NCBI RefSeq assembly: GCF_000016745.1
Contig: NC_009483.1
Location: 3,780,001 to 3,812,000 of the forward strand
Source: Geotalea uraniireducens Rf4
GTDB lineage: Bacteria; Desulfobacterota; Desulfuromonadia; Geobacterales; Geobacteraceae
Direction of reading: 5' to 3'
Length of the DNA stretch: 32,000 bases
Shown piece by piece: positions 8,356-17,087 of this stretch; position 1 is the first letter of the stretch, and each line of letters begins with the position of its first letter. The position numbers and the translations under genes were made by a program. Below the pieces are notes generated by a model. It saw only the letters and a program-made list of their open reading frames with translations. It was not told the DNA's origin and made no database searches.

Positions 8356-9433
8356 ACTTACCTTCTTTGCTCAAATTCAACAGTCGCATACCTTCACTGA
8401 AAACCTCGTCCACCGTAATCGCCTCGACGCAAGCGGGTCTCATGCGCGGAGACGGCTCGCACTCGGTAAAAAATTTCTGCCGGCACGGGGAGCAGGCGAA
8501 TTTTTTATAGGCGACAACGGCTTTGCCGCTCCATGGACCGAATTTTACCGGCGACTGGGGACCAAACAGTGCCACCAATGGAATGCCTGCCGCGGCAGCC
8601 AGGTGCATGATGCCGCTATCATTGCCGACGAAAAGCGAACAATCTTTCAACAAAGCCATGGTGACCCTGAGAGAACACTTCCCCACAAGATCAACAGTTC
8701 CGGCACCGAACAGGCGCCGTGCATCGTCAAAGGTTTTCCTGTCACAGGGAGCGCCCAGTACCAGCGGAGTTAAACCTTGTTCTTGAAAGCGCGCGGCGAG
8801 TGTTGCAAAGTTTTCCAGGTGCCAGCCACGCTGTGCTATTGACGCAAATGGATGTAGCGCCACCAGCCCGTTTCCCGCGTTCGCACCCGCACCGGACAGC
8901 AGTTGTACGGCAGCCGCCTCTTCCTCGGGGGTGCTCCAAAACTCCAGAAAATCATCCTCCACTGCCACACCATCCGACTTCAGAACATCGAGAAAGTTCT
9001 CCACCTCATGGCGGTCAGAGCAGTACGGTACCCGTTTAGTCAGGAGGAAACCCCTCCCCTCGGTATTAAAGCCGATCCTTTCCCGCGCACCGCTGAGTAA
9101 GGCCATGATGGCGCTGGAAAAGGAGCGCTTCAAAACATAAACTTTTGAAAAGTGCCTGGCCCGCAACGCCCTGATAAAAGCGAGTTTATCGGAGAACGTC
9201 CGGTGTTTCCCCTGGCTGTCGGCATGGATGGTGACCGGATCCCAATAGATCAGCTCATCAACATAGGGAATACCCTTGACCACCTCAGCGGAACCGGGAG
9301 CCACAACCCAGGCAATGTGGGCATCGGGCTCGGCCCGCCGCAGGTTTCTGAGAAACGGCACCGTCAGAATGGTATCGCCGATGAAACGGTAGCGGAGTAC
9401 CAGGATTCTGTTTTGCTTTTTACCAACGACCAT
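8339..9433 (-). CDS. waaF: ADP-heptose:LPS heptosyltransferase, WaaF-like (GT9). The track ORF start at 9469 is the alternative.
   Basis: RILVLRYRFIGDTILTVPFL, YVLKRSFSSAIMALLSGARERIGF and FVGNDSGIMHLAAAAGIPLVALFGPQSP resemble E. coli WaaF blocks more than WaaC. The ATG at 9433 has GGTGGA 6 nt upstream. Confidence 0.7.
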   Translation of the reverse strand: MVVGKKQNRILVLRYRFIGDTILTVPFLRNLRRAEPDAHIAWVVAPGSAEVVKGIPYVDELIYWDPVTIHADSQGKHRTFSDKLAFIRALRARHFSKVYVLKRSFSSAIMALLSGARERIGFNTEGRGFLLTKRVPYCSDRHEVENFLDVLKSDGVAVEDDFLEFWSTPEEEAAAVQLLSGAGANAGNGLVALHPFASIAQRGWHLENFATLAARFQEQGLTPLVLGAPCDRKTFDDARRLFGAGTVDLVGKCSLRVTMALLKDCSLFVGNDSGIMHLAAAAGIPLVALFGPQSPVKFGPWSGKAVVAYKKFACSPCRQKFFTECEPSPRMRPACVEAITVDEVFSEGMRLLNLSKEGKYGNEQ

Positions 9434-9446
9434 CAACAATCCACCA

Positions 9447-9617
9447 TCAACCGATCTGTTCCGCCTCATCCACCAGCATTACCGGTATCCCGTCCCTGAT
9501 CGGAAATCTTAACCGGCAGGTTTCGCACAAAAGCCCCGCATCGTCTGCCAGAAGTCTCAGTTCGCCTTTGCATTTGGGACAGGCAAGAATATCAAGTAAT
9601 TCCTGTGATAATGCCAT
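9447..9617 (-). CDS. Trm112/YcaR-family small zinc-ribbon protein (56 aa), not in the supplied ORF track
   Basis: Hand translation gives MALSQELLDILACPKCKGELRLLADDAGLLCETCRLRFPIRDGIPVMLVDEAEQIG. The CPxC...C..C and FPIRDGIPVML blocks match E. coli YcaR. The ATG is preceded by GGGGGA and lies 9 nt after the lpxK stop. Confidence 0.85.
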   Translation of the reverse strand: MALSQELLDILACPKCKGELRLLADDAGLLCETCRLRFPIRDGIPVMLVDEAEQIG

Positions 9618-9626
9618 AGTTCCCCC

Positions 9627-10709
9627 TTACTTATAAAGCAGTTTTTCGAGCTGCGCCACAACCACACCCTCATCGAGAAACCTCACCTCAAGCACCGCGG
9701 CATAAATAGGACCCAGCCTGTCCAGGTAGGACGCGAGTTTTACCGCATCTTTTTCCGTGGTAACGATATATGAAGCGCGGGAAGCCTCTTTGAGGCGGCA
9801 AATAGCAGCAATCTCGTCCTCGCCATACCCGGCATGGTCGGCAAAGGCAAGGGTGGCGATAATGGACAGCCCTTCTTTCTCCATCGCGTCAAAAAAAGCC
9901 GCTGGGTCGGCAATGCCGGCAAAGGCCAAGCCCTTCTTGCCCGCAAGATGTGCAAAGGGTTGCGCTTGACCGCCCGGCAAAGGAACAACCCCGGTCAAGA
10001 CATGGGAGGCGCGACAGATGGGCTTGTCGATCGCGACTCCCGCCTTCGGGGGATCACCCTCAACACAGCGGGTAAAGATGACGATGTCTGCCCGTTGCAA
10101 CGCTGACTTCGGTTCCCGCAACAGGCCGGCGGGGAAGGTCCGGCCGTTGCCGAAAGGCGATCTGCTGTCGAGGAGCAGTATGTTCAGGTCGCGGTGCAGG
10201 CGAAGGTGCTGAAAACCGTCATCGAGGATGAATATGTCGGGGTTGAGGCGATCTTCCGCCAGCCTCCCGGCACGGTAACGGTCGGCGCCGACGACCACCA
10301 TGAGACGGGGAATGGACGCAGCCAGCAAATACGGTTCGTCACCCGCTTCTTCGGCTGTTGCCTGAAGGGTCTTCCCGTCCGAAACGATGCGTATCTCACC
10401 GGCAAGCGACCCGCCATAGCCACGTGAGAGAACCGCCACCCTTTTCCCCCGCGCCATGAGAAGGCGCGCCAGCGTTGCCACCGTCGGCGTCTTGCCGGTC
10501 CCGCCGGCAACGATATTCCCCACCGAAATAACCGGCTTCCCCAGGCGACGGACGGGAAAAAGCCCCGATGCATAGGTTGCCCGGCGCAGGCGCATGAGCA
10601 GCGCGTAAACCAGGGAAAAGGGAGTCAAAAAAGCCAGCAGGAGCCGATCCGCTACAGCTTTTCGCCTGCCGTCCACAAGCTCCTTGAAATATGTCTCCAG
10701 ATCAGCCAT
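9627..10709 (-). CDS. lpxK: Tetraacyldisaccharide 4'-kinase
   Basis: 360 aa. N-terminal membrane segment, then the P-loop [18 protein letters not shown] and DDGFQH. Confidence 0.95.
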
Positions 10710-10718
10710 GGGAAACCT

Positions 10719-10999
10719 GTGAACTGGGATCGGGGAACGGGGAACGACAAAAACTTAAATAATCCCTATAATTATTCGGAACTATAACCCAAACAAATGC
10801 TGAATGTAACGCAGAGACGCAGAGACGCAAAGAAAGGCACTTCAAAAAAATCTCTGCGCCTTTGCGTCTCTGCGTTAAGACAAGTTTTTGTCGGTCTTGC
10901 ATTGCACTCTTCATACATTCCTTTCTTTGGTTATGTTGCCGCAATTATTTCTGATTTAACTGTGCGGCGCTTGATCCCTGACCCATGATCCCTGATCCC
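10719..10999. repeat. Composite intergenic repeat element. The outer inverted arms are tandem heptamers (10719-10746 and 10972-10999). They enclose an octamer-repeat hairpin (10807-10877).
   Basis: The left arm is GTGAACT GGGATCG GGGAACG GGGAACG. The reverse complement of the right arm is GGGATCA GGGATCAT GGGTCA GGGATCA. The centre reads TAACGCAGAGACGCAGAGACGCAAAG ... CTTTGCGTCTCTGCGTTA. TTTAACTG lies at 10955-10962. Confidence 0.8.
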
Positions 11000-12282
11000 A
11001 GGAATTGCTCGATAACCGCCATGTGCCGCTCTGTCGAGCCGCTGTTCTCTGCCAGGAGCCGAGCCCCGTTGTTTCCCATTTCCTGGCGCTTTGCCTCGTC
11101 ATCGAGCAGGGAACCGAGCATTGCCGTAAGCTCCCCGCCATCGGCAACCCGGACACCTGCTCCGAACTCGATGAGCAGTGCGGCAATCTCCTTGAAGTTG
11201 TTCATGTGCGGACCGAACAGGACCGGCACGCGCAGTGAAGCGGGCTCCAGGACGTTGTGGCCGCCGTTCGGCACGAGGCTGCCGCCGACAAAGACCAGGT
11301 CGGAAACGGCATAGACATTCAATAACTCTCCGACGGTGTCGAGCAAAAGGACTTCACCGGAAGAAAACGGCTCCTGTCGCGCATCGAGGGCGGAACGCCG
11401 GGTGTAGGGAAAACCGGCTCGGCCGAGCAGCTCGGCGACCTGAGCTGCCCTCTCGGGATGACGGGGGGCCAGGACCATGATCGCGTTTCGCCCCCCGGCG
11501 AGAACAGCCGTGTACGCCTTGATTACCATCTCTTCTTCACCGTTGTGGGTGCTGCCTGCGGTAAAGAGGAGGATGTCGGCAGGAATCCGGTAACGATTTC
11601 TCAGTTCCGCCCTATCCTGCCCTGTTTGCGCCGGGACGGCAATGTCATATTTCAAGTTGCGGGTAATATGCACACTCTCGGCAGGCGCGCCGATCGCGGT
11701 TATCCGTCGGGCGTCCTCGGCACTCTGCATGCAGAGGGCAGCAAGATTGCGCAAGATCGGCTGGAAGAACCAGCGCAAGCGCAGATAGCGGTGGAAGGAT
11801 TTATCGGAAATGCGGCCGTTCACCAGCAGCATCGGAATCGCTAACCGCCTGGCAGCCCGGATAAAATTGGGCCATAGCTCTGTTTCCATGACGAGGATCA
11901 AGGACGGTCTCACCTTGCGCAACACCCTGTTGACGGCGAAGGGGTAGTCGAAGGGGAAGTAGAGGCAGAGGTCGATCCCGGCGATTTTGCCGGCAACCTG
12001 CCGGCCGGTTTCGGTGACATTGGAAATCACCAGCTTGCTGTGGGGATAGCGCTTGCGCAACGCCTTGATGAGGGGGATGGCGGCGACGGTCTCGCCGACG
12101 GATACCGCATGCACCCAGATCACATCGCTTCCCGCGAGTTTTGCCAGATCGGATGCAGCAATGAAACCGAAACGTTGGGCAAAAGCAGTCGGCCGTCCCC
12201 GGGTTATGGAACGGTAAAGGTGGTAAGGAACGACAAAGATGATGGAAATCAGTGCCAGTAGATTATAGAATAAATTTATCAT
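10945..12282 (-). CDS. waaA: 3-deoxy-D-manno-octulosonic acid (Kdo) transferase. An alternative upstream ATG lies at 12348.
   Basis: From the ATG at 12282, MINLFYNLLALISIIFVVPYHLYRSITRGRPTAFAQRFGFI aligns with the E. coli WaaA N-terminus. VHAVSVGE and FVGGSLVPNGGHNVLEP blocks are present. The last ~17 residues are encoded by the heptamer repeat arm. Confidence 0.9.
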   Translation of the reverse strand: MINLFYNLLALISIIFVVPYHLYRSITRGRPTAFAQRFGFIAASDLAKLAGSDVIWVHAVSVGETVAAIPLIKALRKRYPHSKLVISNVTETGRQVAGKIAGIDLCLYFPFDYPFAVNRVLRKVRPSLILVMETELWPNFIRAARRLAIPMLLVNGRISDKSFHRYLRLRWFFQPILRNLAALCMQSAEDARRITAIGAPAESVHITRNLKYDIAVPAQTGQDRAELRNRYRIPADILLFTAGSTHNGEEEMVIKAYTAVLAGGRNAIMVLAPRHPERAAQVAELLGRAGFPYTRRSALDARQEPFSSGEVLLLDTVGELLNVYAVSDLVFVGGSLVPNGGHNVLEPASLRVPVLFGPHMNNFKEIAALLIEFGAGVRVADGGELTAMLGSLLDDEAKRQEMGNNGARLLAENSGSTERHMAVIEQFLGSGIMGQGSSAAQLNQK

Positions 12283-12354
12283 CGATATATCTCGGGTTTC
12301 GGCCACTAGTTTTACCGCTGGCCCTTTTCCGGGACTGAGCGCTGACATTGCAAG

Positions 12355-13311
12355 TCAAGGCTGGGGGCTGTTTTTCCACCGTCTGTGTATCCAGTACCAT
12401 TCGGTCGGATGACGCACGATATATTGTTCGATGGCTGCGGTCAAGCGTGCCACGTCCTCACGCCCACCTTCGTCCCCATCCTTTTCCAGGTTGGGGAGAA
12501 TTTCAGGAAATATGGTTATGACGTGACCAGTACCCTCACGGTGGATAAATACCGGAAGGAGTGCCACGCCGGTCTTCCGGGCGATAAGCGAGGGCATCCT
12601 TATGGTCCAGACATCCCGCCCGAGAAATCCGACCCGGTATCCATCATCCGGCGAGACCGCCTGGTCGATCAGCACACCAACAATGCGGTTTTGGCGAAAT
12701 TCACTGATCATCGCCTTGAGGGCGCCACTCTTGTAGATGACCCGATTACCGAACTTTATACGGATCTTTTCCATCACATTGTGCAGATAGATGTTATTTT
12801 GCCGCCTGGCAACCACTGAGACATTACGGAAACGAGCTCCTGAGGCAAGCGCCATTAATTCCCAGTTGCCGCAATGACCACCGATAAAAGCAATACCTCT
12901 CTGCCTGGCCTTAGCTTTTTCAAAGTGCTCAATACCGCGGAATTCTACCGATTCGACTATGCTTCGACCAAAACCGTGGTAGACCTTGAATATCTCCACA
13001 AGGGACATGCCCAGGTTTTCAAAGGTTTTCCTCGCAATCTCCTCCGGAGTGTCGCTGGTCGGAATCCAGCCTTCCTGGCGCGTCATAAACGGCAGTGCAG
13101 CGGTAATGTTGGCAATGGCAATAGACCGTCTCCTCTTCAGGATACGAAAGAGGAATCGCCCAAGCCTTTTCCCCGCACCCAGGGCGATTCTTTTGGGAAT
13201 CAGCGCGATCGAGAAAGAAACGATGAGAAACAGCGCCACTTCCAGTAACCAACGCAGCTTTTTCATCATGGCAACGTCACTCTTCACTTTTACCTTATCG
13301 GGTTTGCTCAT
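12355..13311 (-). CDS. Lipid A biosynthesis (Kdo2-lipid IVA) late acyltransferase, LpxL/HtrB family
   Basis: N-terminal TM segment. The HX4E motif GGHCGNWELMA is present, at 318 aa. The start overlaps the msbA stop by 4 nt (ATGA). Confidence 0.8.
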   Translation of the reverse strand: MSKPDKVKVKSDVAMMKKLRWLLEVALFLIVSFSIALIPKRIALGAGKRLGRFLFRILKRRRSIAIANITAALPFMTRQEGWIPTSDTPEEIARKTFENLGMSLVEIFKVYHGFGRSIVESVEFRGIEHFEKAKARQRGIAFIGGHCGNWELMALASGARFRNVSVVARRQNNIYLHNVMEKIRIKFGNRVIYKSGALKAMISEFRQNRIVGVLIDQAVSPDDGYRVGFLGRDVWTIRMPSLIARKTGVALLPVFIHREGTGHVITIFPEILPNLEKDGDEGGREDVARLTAAIEQYIVRHPTEWYWIHRRWKNSPQP

Positions 13312-15026
13312 TCCTGAAACTGCATGTCGTAAAGCTTGCAGTAGAGGCCGCCATGGGCCAGCAGGCTTTCGTGGTTACCGACTTCCACGACCTCTCCCTT
13401 GTCGAGCACGACGATCCTGTCGGCATGGAGAACGGTGGAAAGGCGGTGGGCTATGACAAACGTGGTACGGTTAGCCATCAGGTTATTCAGGGCATTCTGC
13501 ACCATCTGCTCACTCTCGGTATCGAGTGCGCTCGTGGCTTCATCGAGGATGAGAATCGGCGCATCCTTCAGGATCGCCCGGGCAATGCAGATCCGCTGGC
13601 GCTGGCCGCCGGACAGCCTGACGCCACGGTCACCTATGTTGGTTTCATATCCTTCCGGCAGCTCTGCGATAAAGTCGTGGGCAAAGGCGGCCTGCGCCGC
13701 AGCCATCACCTCGGCATCGGTGGCATCGGTCTTGCCGTAGCGTATATTGTTGGCAAGTGTGTCATTGAAGAGGATCGTCTCCTGGTCAACCAGGGCAATC
13801 TGCCGGAGCAGACTCCTGAGGGTCAGGGTGCGGATGTCCCTGCCGTCGACAAGGACCGCTCCTTCTGTCGGGTCGTAAAAGCGGGAAAGGAGCGATACGA
13901 GAGTGGTTTTGCCGCCGCCGGACGGGCCGACAAAGGCTACCACTTCGCCCCTTCGGGCAGAGAGATTTATGTTCTTCAGTACGTAGTCATCGTTGTACCT
14001 GAAGGAGACCCCCCTGAATTCCACGTCGCCGCTGGCCCGCACAATCTCCTCGGCATCCGGCAGATCCACGATCTCCGGCTTCTCGTCGATGATCTCGAAG
14101 ACCCGCTCACCGGCACCGATGGAACGCTGAAAAATATTATACAGGCTGGTGATTCTCTTGACCGGATTGAAAACCAGTACCATTGCAGTGATGAATGAGA
14201 AAAACTCCGAAGCGCTCATTTTCCCCTGGATCACGCTGTTGCCGCCGACCCAGATAACGGCCGCGATACCGAAGGAGATGATGAACTCCATTACAGGCGT
14301 AGAAAGCGCCTCATACTTTATGGATCTGCGGGTGAAATCATAGTAATCCCGGTTGCGGGAGAGGAACTTTCCGATTTCCCAGTTCTCCATGCCGAACGCC
14401 TTGATCACCTTGATGCCGGAAAATGTTTCCTGGAGGATGCTGGTAATATCCCCCATCCGTCCCTGGCTCTCCTTGGAGATGTTCTTTATCCGCTTGCCGA
14501 TCTTCTGGGCAGGATAGATGGTCAGTGGGATGACCACAAAGGAGATAAGCGCCAGCTGCCAGTTGCGGTAGAAGATCACCCCAAGCAGGGACACGGCCGA
14601 AATCCCTTCGCGGAAAACACCGGTGACGATGCCGCCGACACCATCCTGCATCATGTTCACATCATTCAAGACCCGCGACATGAGCACGCCAGTCGGATGC
14701 CTGTTGAAAAAACCGAGGCCCAGATGCATGTTCTTCTGGTAGATTTCGTTTCGCACATCCTGTACCGCCAGCTGTCCCGCAGTGCGCATGAAATAATCGT
14801 TGGCAAAGCGGCAGATGCCGCGGATCACGAATAAAAGGACAATGCCGATCGGCAATACTGCAAAAATCGTCATATCCTTGCCGGCAAAAACCTTTTTCAA
14901 TACCGGTTCCACCAGAAAGGCGATAGCGCCGTCCAGCGCCCCTACCGCGATGGATGCCAGGGCAGCCACCAGGATGCGTCGCCAGTAAGGCAAACTGTAT
15001 TTGATCAGTCTCTTGAATGTGTTCAT
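13308..15026 (-). CDS. msbA: Lipid A export ABC transporter (fused permease/ATPase)
   Basis: The N-terminal half has six TM segments. The NBD carries GPSGGGKTT, LSGGQRQR and ILILDEATSALD. It sits inside the lpx cluster. Confidence 0.9.
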   Translation of the reverse strand: MNTFKRLIKYSLPYWRRILVAALASIAVGALDGAIAFLVEPVLKKVFAGKDMTIFAVLPIGIVLLFVIRGICRFANDYFMRTAGQLAVQDVRNEIYQKNMHLGLGFFNRHPTGVLMSRVLNDVNMMQDGVGGIVTGVFREGISAVSLLGVIFYRNWQLALISFVVIPLTIYPAQKIGKRIKNISKESQGRMGDITSILQETFSGIKVIKAFGMENWEIGKFLSRNRDYYDFTRRSIKYEALSTPVMEFIISFGIAAVIWVGGNSVIQGKMSASEFFSFITAMVLVFNPVKRITSLYNIFQRSIGAGERVFEIIDEKPEIVDLPDAEEIVRASGDVEFRGVSFRYNDDYVLKNINLSARRGEVVAFVGPSGGGKTTLVSLLSRFYDPTEGAVLVDGRDIRTLTLRSLLRQIALVDQETILFNDTLANNIRYGKTDATDAEVMAAAQAAFAHDFIAELPEGYETNIGDRGVRLSGGQRQRICIARAILKDAPILILDEATSALDTESEQMVQNALNNLMANRTTFVIAHRLSTVLHADRIVVLDKGEVVEVGNHESLLAHGGLYCKLYDMQFQE

Positions 15027-15039
15027 GATAATTTCTCTA

Positions 15040-16158
15040 TTAATCCATCATCTTAAGCGCCAGCTCGGCCAGCCGCCTGGAACAGCCACCACTGCCGAGT
15101 TTTTGCTCGATCGTGCCGAGCTTCCGGGTTATAGCTGCGGCATACTCGCTGTCGGTAAGAATGGCGCCAATCTCGGCCGCGATCTTCGCCGGTTCGGCGT
15201 CATGCTGGATCAGTTCCTTCACCACCCGCTCGCCGGCGACGATGTTGCAGATCCCGATGTGATCCACCTTTATCAGGCGCTTGCCCACGGCATAGGTCAA
15301 AGGGGAAACACGGTAGATAATCACCATCGGCACCCCGATCAGTGCTATCTCCATGGTAACGGTCCCGGAAACGGTGACAACAGCATCACAGACCTGCATG
15401 ACGTCGTAATTCCTGTCCTGCACCACGAACACCTGCAATCCGGATTTTTCCAGTTCCGGGGCAATGTCCGCGTGCTTCAGGCTCGAAGCGAGAGGGAGGA
15501 TGAACTGGACATCCGTAAATCGGCTCTGCAGCAGTTTTGCCGACTCCAGGATGACAGGGAAAAGGCTTTTGATCTCGCTTCGGCGACTCCCCGGAAAAAG
15601 GCCAATTGTCTTTTTGTGGGGGTCGAGGCCGAAGAACGACACGGCTTCCGCACGCCCCATGGTGGGCCGAACCATGTCCAGCAGAGGATGGCCGACAAAG
15701 GTGACGGGTACGCGCTCCTTTTCATAGTATGGAACTTCGAAAGGGAACAACACCGCCATATGGTCGACGATACGGGCGATCTTTTTTACCCTGCCGGCAC
15801 GCCAGGCCCAGACCTGCGGGCTGATATAATAGAGGACCTTGACGCCGCAAGCCTTGGCAACGGCCGCCAGCCGCAGATTGAAGTCCGGATAGTCGATGAG
15901 GATGAGAAGGCTCGGCGGTGTCGTCTTTATGACCCGCTTCAGGGAGGTGAAAGCGTTGGCAATCACCCGGAAATTGGCGACAACCTCAACGAGACCGACC
16001 ACCGCCATGTCATTGGCGTCGATGAGCGTCTCCACGCCGGCGGCGCGCATTCCGGCTCCACCCATGCCGATAAAGGCGATATCCCGGTCGAGCCTGCGGA
16101 TCTCTCGGGCGAGCATGGCGCCGTACATATCGCCGGAAGCTTCCCCGGCTACAATCAT
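15040..16158 (-). CDS. lpxB: Lipid-A-disaccharide synthase. The track ORF uses a TTG at 16182, but the ATG at 16158 is more likely.
   Basis: MIVAGEASGDMYGA..., ~372 aa, with GT19-type blocks (DYPDFNL, GTVTMEIAL). Confidence 0.9.
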   Translation of the reverse strand: MIVAGEASGDMYGAMLAREIRRLDRDIAFIGMGGAGMRAAGVETLIDANDMAVVGLVEVVANFRVIANAFTSLKRVIKTTPPSLLILIDYPDFNLRLAAVAKACGVKVLYYISPQVWAWRAGRVKKIARIVDHMAVLFPFEVPYYEKERVPVTFVGHPLLDMVRPTMGRAEAVSFFGLDPHKKTIGLFPGSRRSEIKSLFPVILESAKLLQSRFTDVQFILPLASSLKHADIAPELEKSGLQVFVVQDRNYDVMQVCDAVVTVSGTVTMEIALIGVPMVIIYRVSPLTYAVGKRLIKVDHIGICNIVAGERVVKELIQHDAEPAKIAAEIGAILTDSEYAAAITRKLGTIEQKLGSGGCSRRLAELALKMMD

Positions 16159-16214
16159 TATTTTCTTACCACCGTCAGCCAATTAATGCACCATACCCAC
16201 GGGTTATTGTATAG

Positions 16215-16256
16215 GTAAAAATCCGCGAAGGCGACGATCCCGATCGCCGCCTTCGC
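16215..16256 (-). terminator. Rho-independent-terminator-like hairpin between lpxA and lpxB
   Basis: In gene sense: GCGAAGGCGGCGAT-CGGG-ATCGTCGCCTTCGC (14-bp stem, one mismatch), followed by GGATTTTTAC. Confidence 0.55.
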
Positions 16257-16295
16257 ATTAATGAATACTGTAACCCTCTGATTATTCAGACAGGA

Positions 16296-17072
16296 TCAGC
16301 GGCAGATTCCCCTCTGCGCCGTCTCGACGAAGGTTGTAAAATGATCGACCTCCGGCGATGAGGGAACTTCGTTCTTGATCCGCTCAAGGGCATCCTTCAG
16401 TTTCAGATCGGAGAGGACAAGGATCTTATAGGCCTTCTTCAGGGAGGCTATGACCTCGTCACTGAACTTGTGCCGCTTAAGGCCGACGAGATTAAGTCCC
16501 CGCAGGCGGGCATCGCGCCGATCTCCTGTTGTGATGGTATACGGCGGTATGTCCATGCCGACGAGGGTGCCACCGCCGATCATGGCGTGGGCGCCGATCC
16601 TGGTAAACTGGTGGATCGCCGACAGGCCGCCGAGGATGGCGTAGTCTTCGACTTTCACATGTCCGGCCAGGGTTGCGGCATTGGCCATGACGACTCCGTT
16701 GCCGATGCTACAGTCATGGGCCACGTGGGAATAGGCCATGAACAAGTTGCCGCTGCCGACGGTGGTCTCGCCGTTCCCGGTCACCGTCCCCAGGTGGAGG
16801 GTAGCAAATTCACGAATGATATTCCTGTCCCCTATTTTCAGATAAGTTTCTTCCCCCTTGTACTTCAGGTCCTGGGGGACGGCGCCGACTGAAGCCAGGT
16901 GAAAGATCTGATTGTTTTCACCGATGGTTGTCCAGCCGTCTATGACCGTATGGGCACCGACCTTGGTGCCACGTCCGATCTTGACGTGCTCGCCGATGAT
17001 CGCATAAGGACCGATTTCAACGTCGCTGTCGAGTTCCGCTTTCGGGTGTACTACTGCAGTTGCATGTATCAT
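16296..17072 (-). CDS. lpxA: UDP-N-acetylglucosamine O-acyltransferase
   Basis: 258 aa. Left-handed beta-helix hexapeptide repeats followed by a helical C-terminal domain. Positioned after fabZ. Confidence 0.95.
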   Translation of the reverse strand: MIHATAVVHPKAELDSDVEIGPYAIIGEHVKIGRGTKVGAHTVIDGWTTIGENNQIFHLASVGAVPQDLKYKGEETYLKIGDRNIIREFATLHLGTVTGNGETTVGSGNLFMAYSHVAHDCSIGNGVVMANAATLAGHVKVEDYAILGGLSAIHQFTRIGAHAMIGGGTLVGMDIPPYTITTGDRRDARLRGLNLVGLKRHKFSDEVIASLKKAYKILVLSDLKLKDALERIKNEVPSSPEVDHFTTFVETAQRGICR

Positions 17073-17087
17073 TGTCTTCTCCGACCC

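Noticed and set aside
10702-10944. 80-aa ORF in the waaA-lpxK spacer, and the similar 67-aa ORF 29534..29737
   Set aside because: Both are translations of the tandem-repeat and hairpin elements (…LRLCVSAL…, …PQSHGDTEKITE…). They have no RBS context, and the sequence is better explained as non-coding repeat.
15001-16218. 405-aa plus-strand ORF opposite lpxB. The same applies to 24267..25235 opposite lysS, 13353..14198 opposite msbA, 17919..18617 opposite lpxD and 8018..8773 opposite waaF.
   Set aside because: All are antisense shadows of genes with clear family motifs. Their products are compositionally biased, lack motifs, and have no start-site context.
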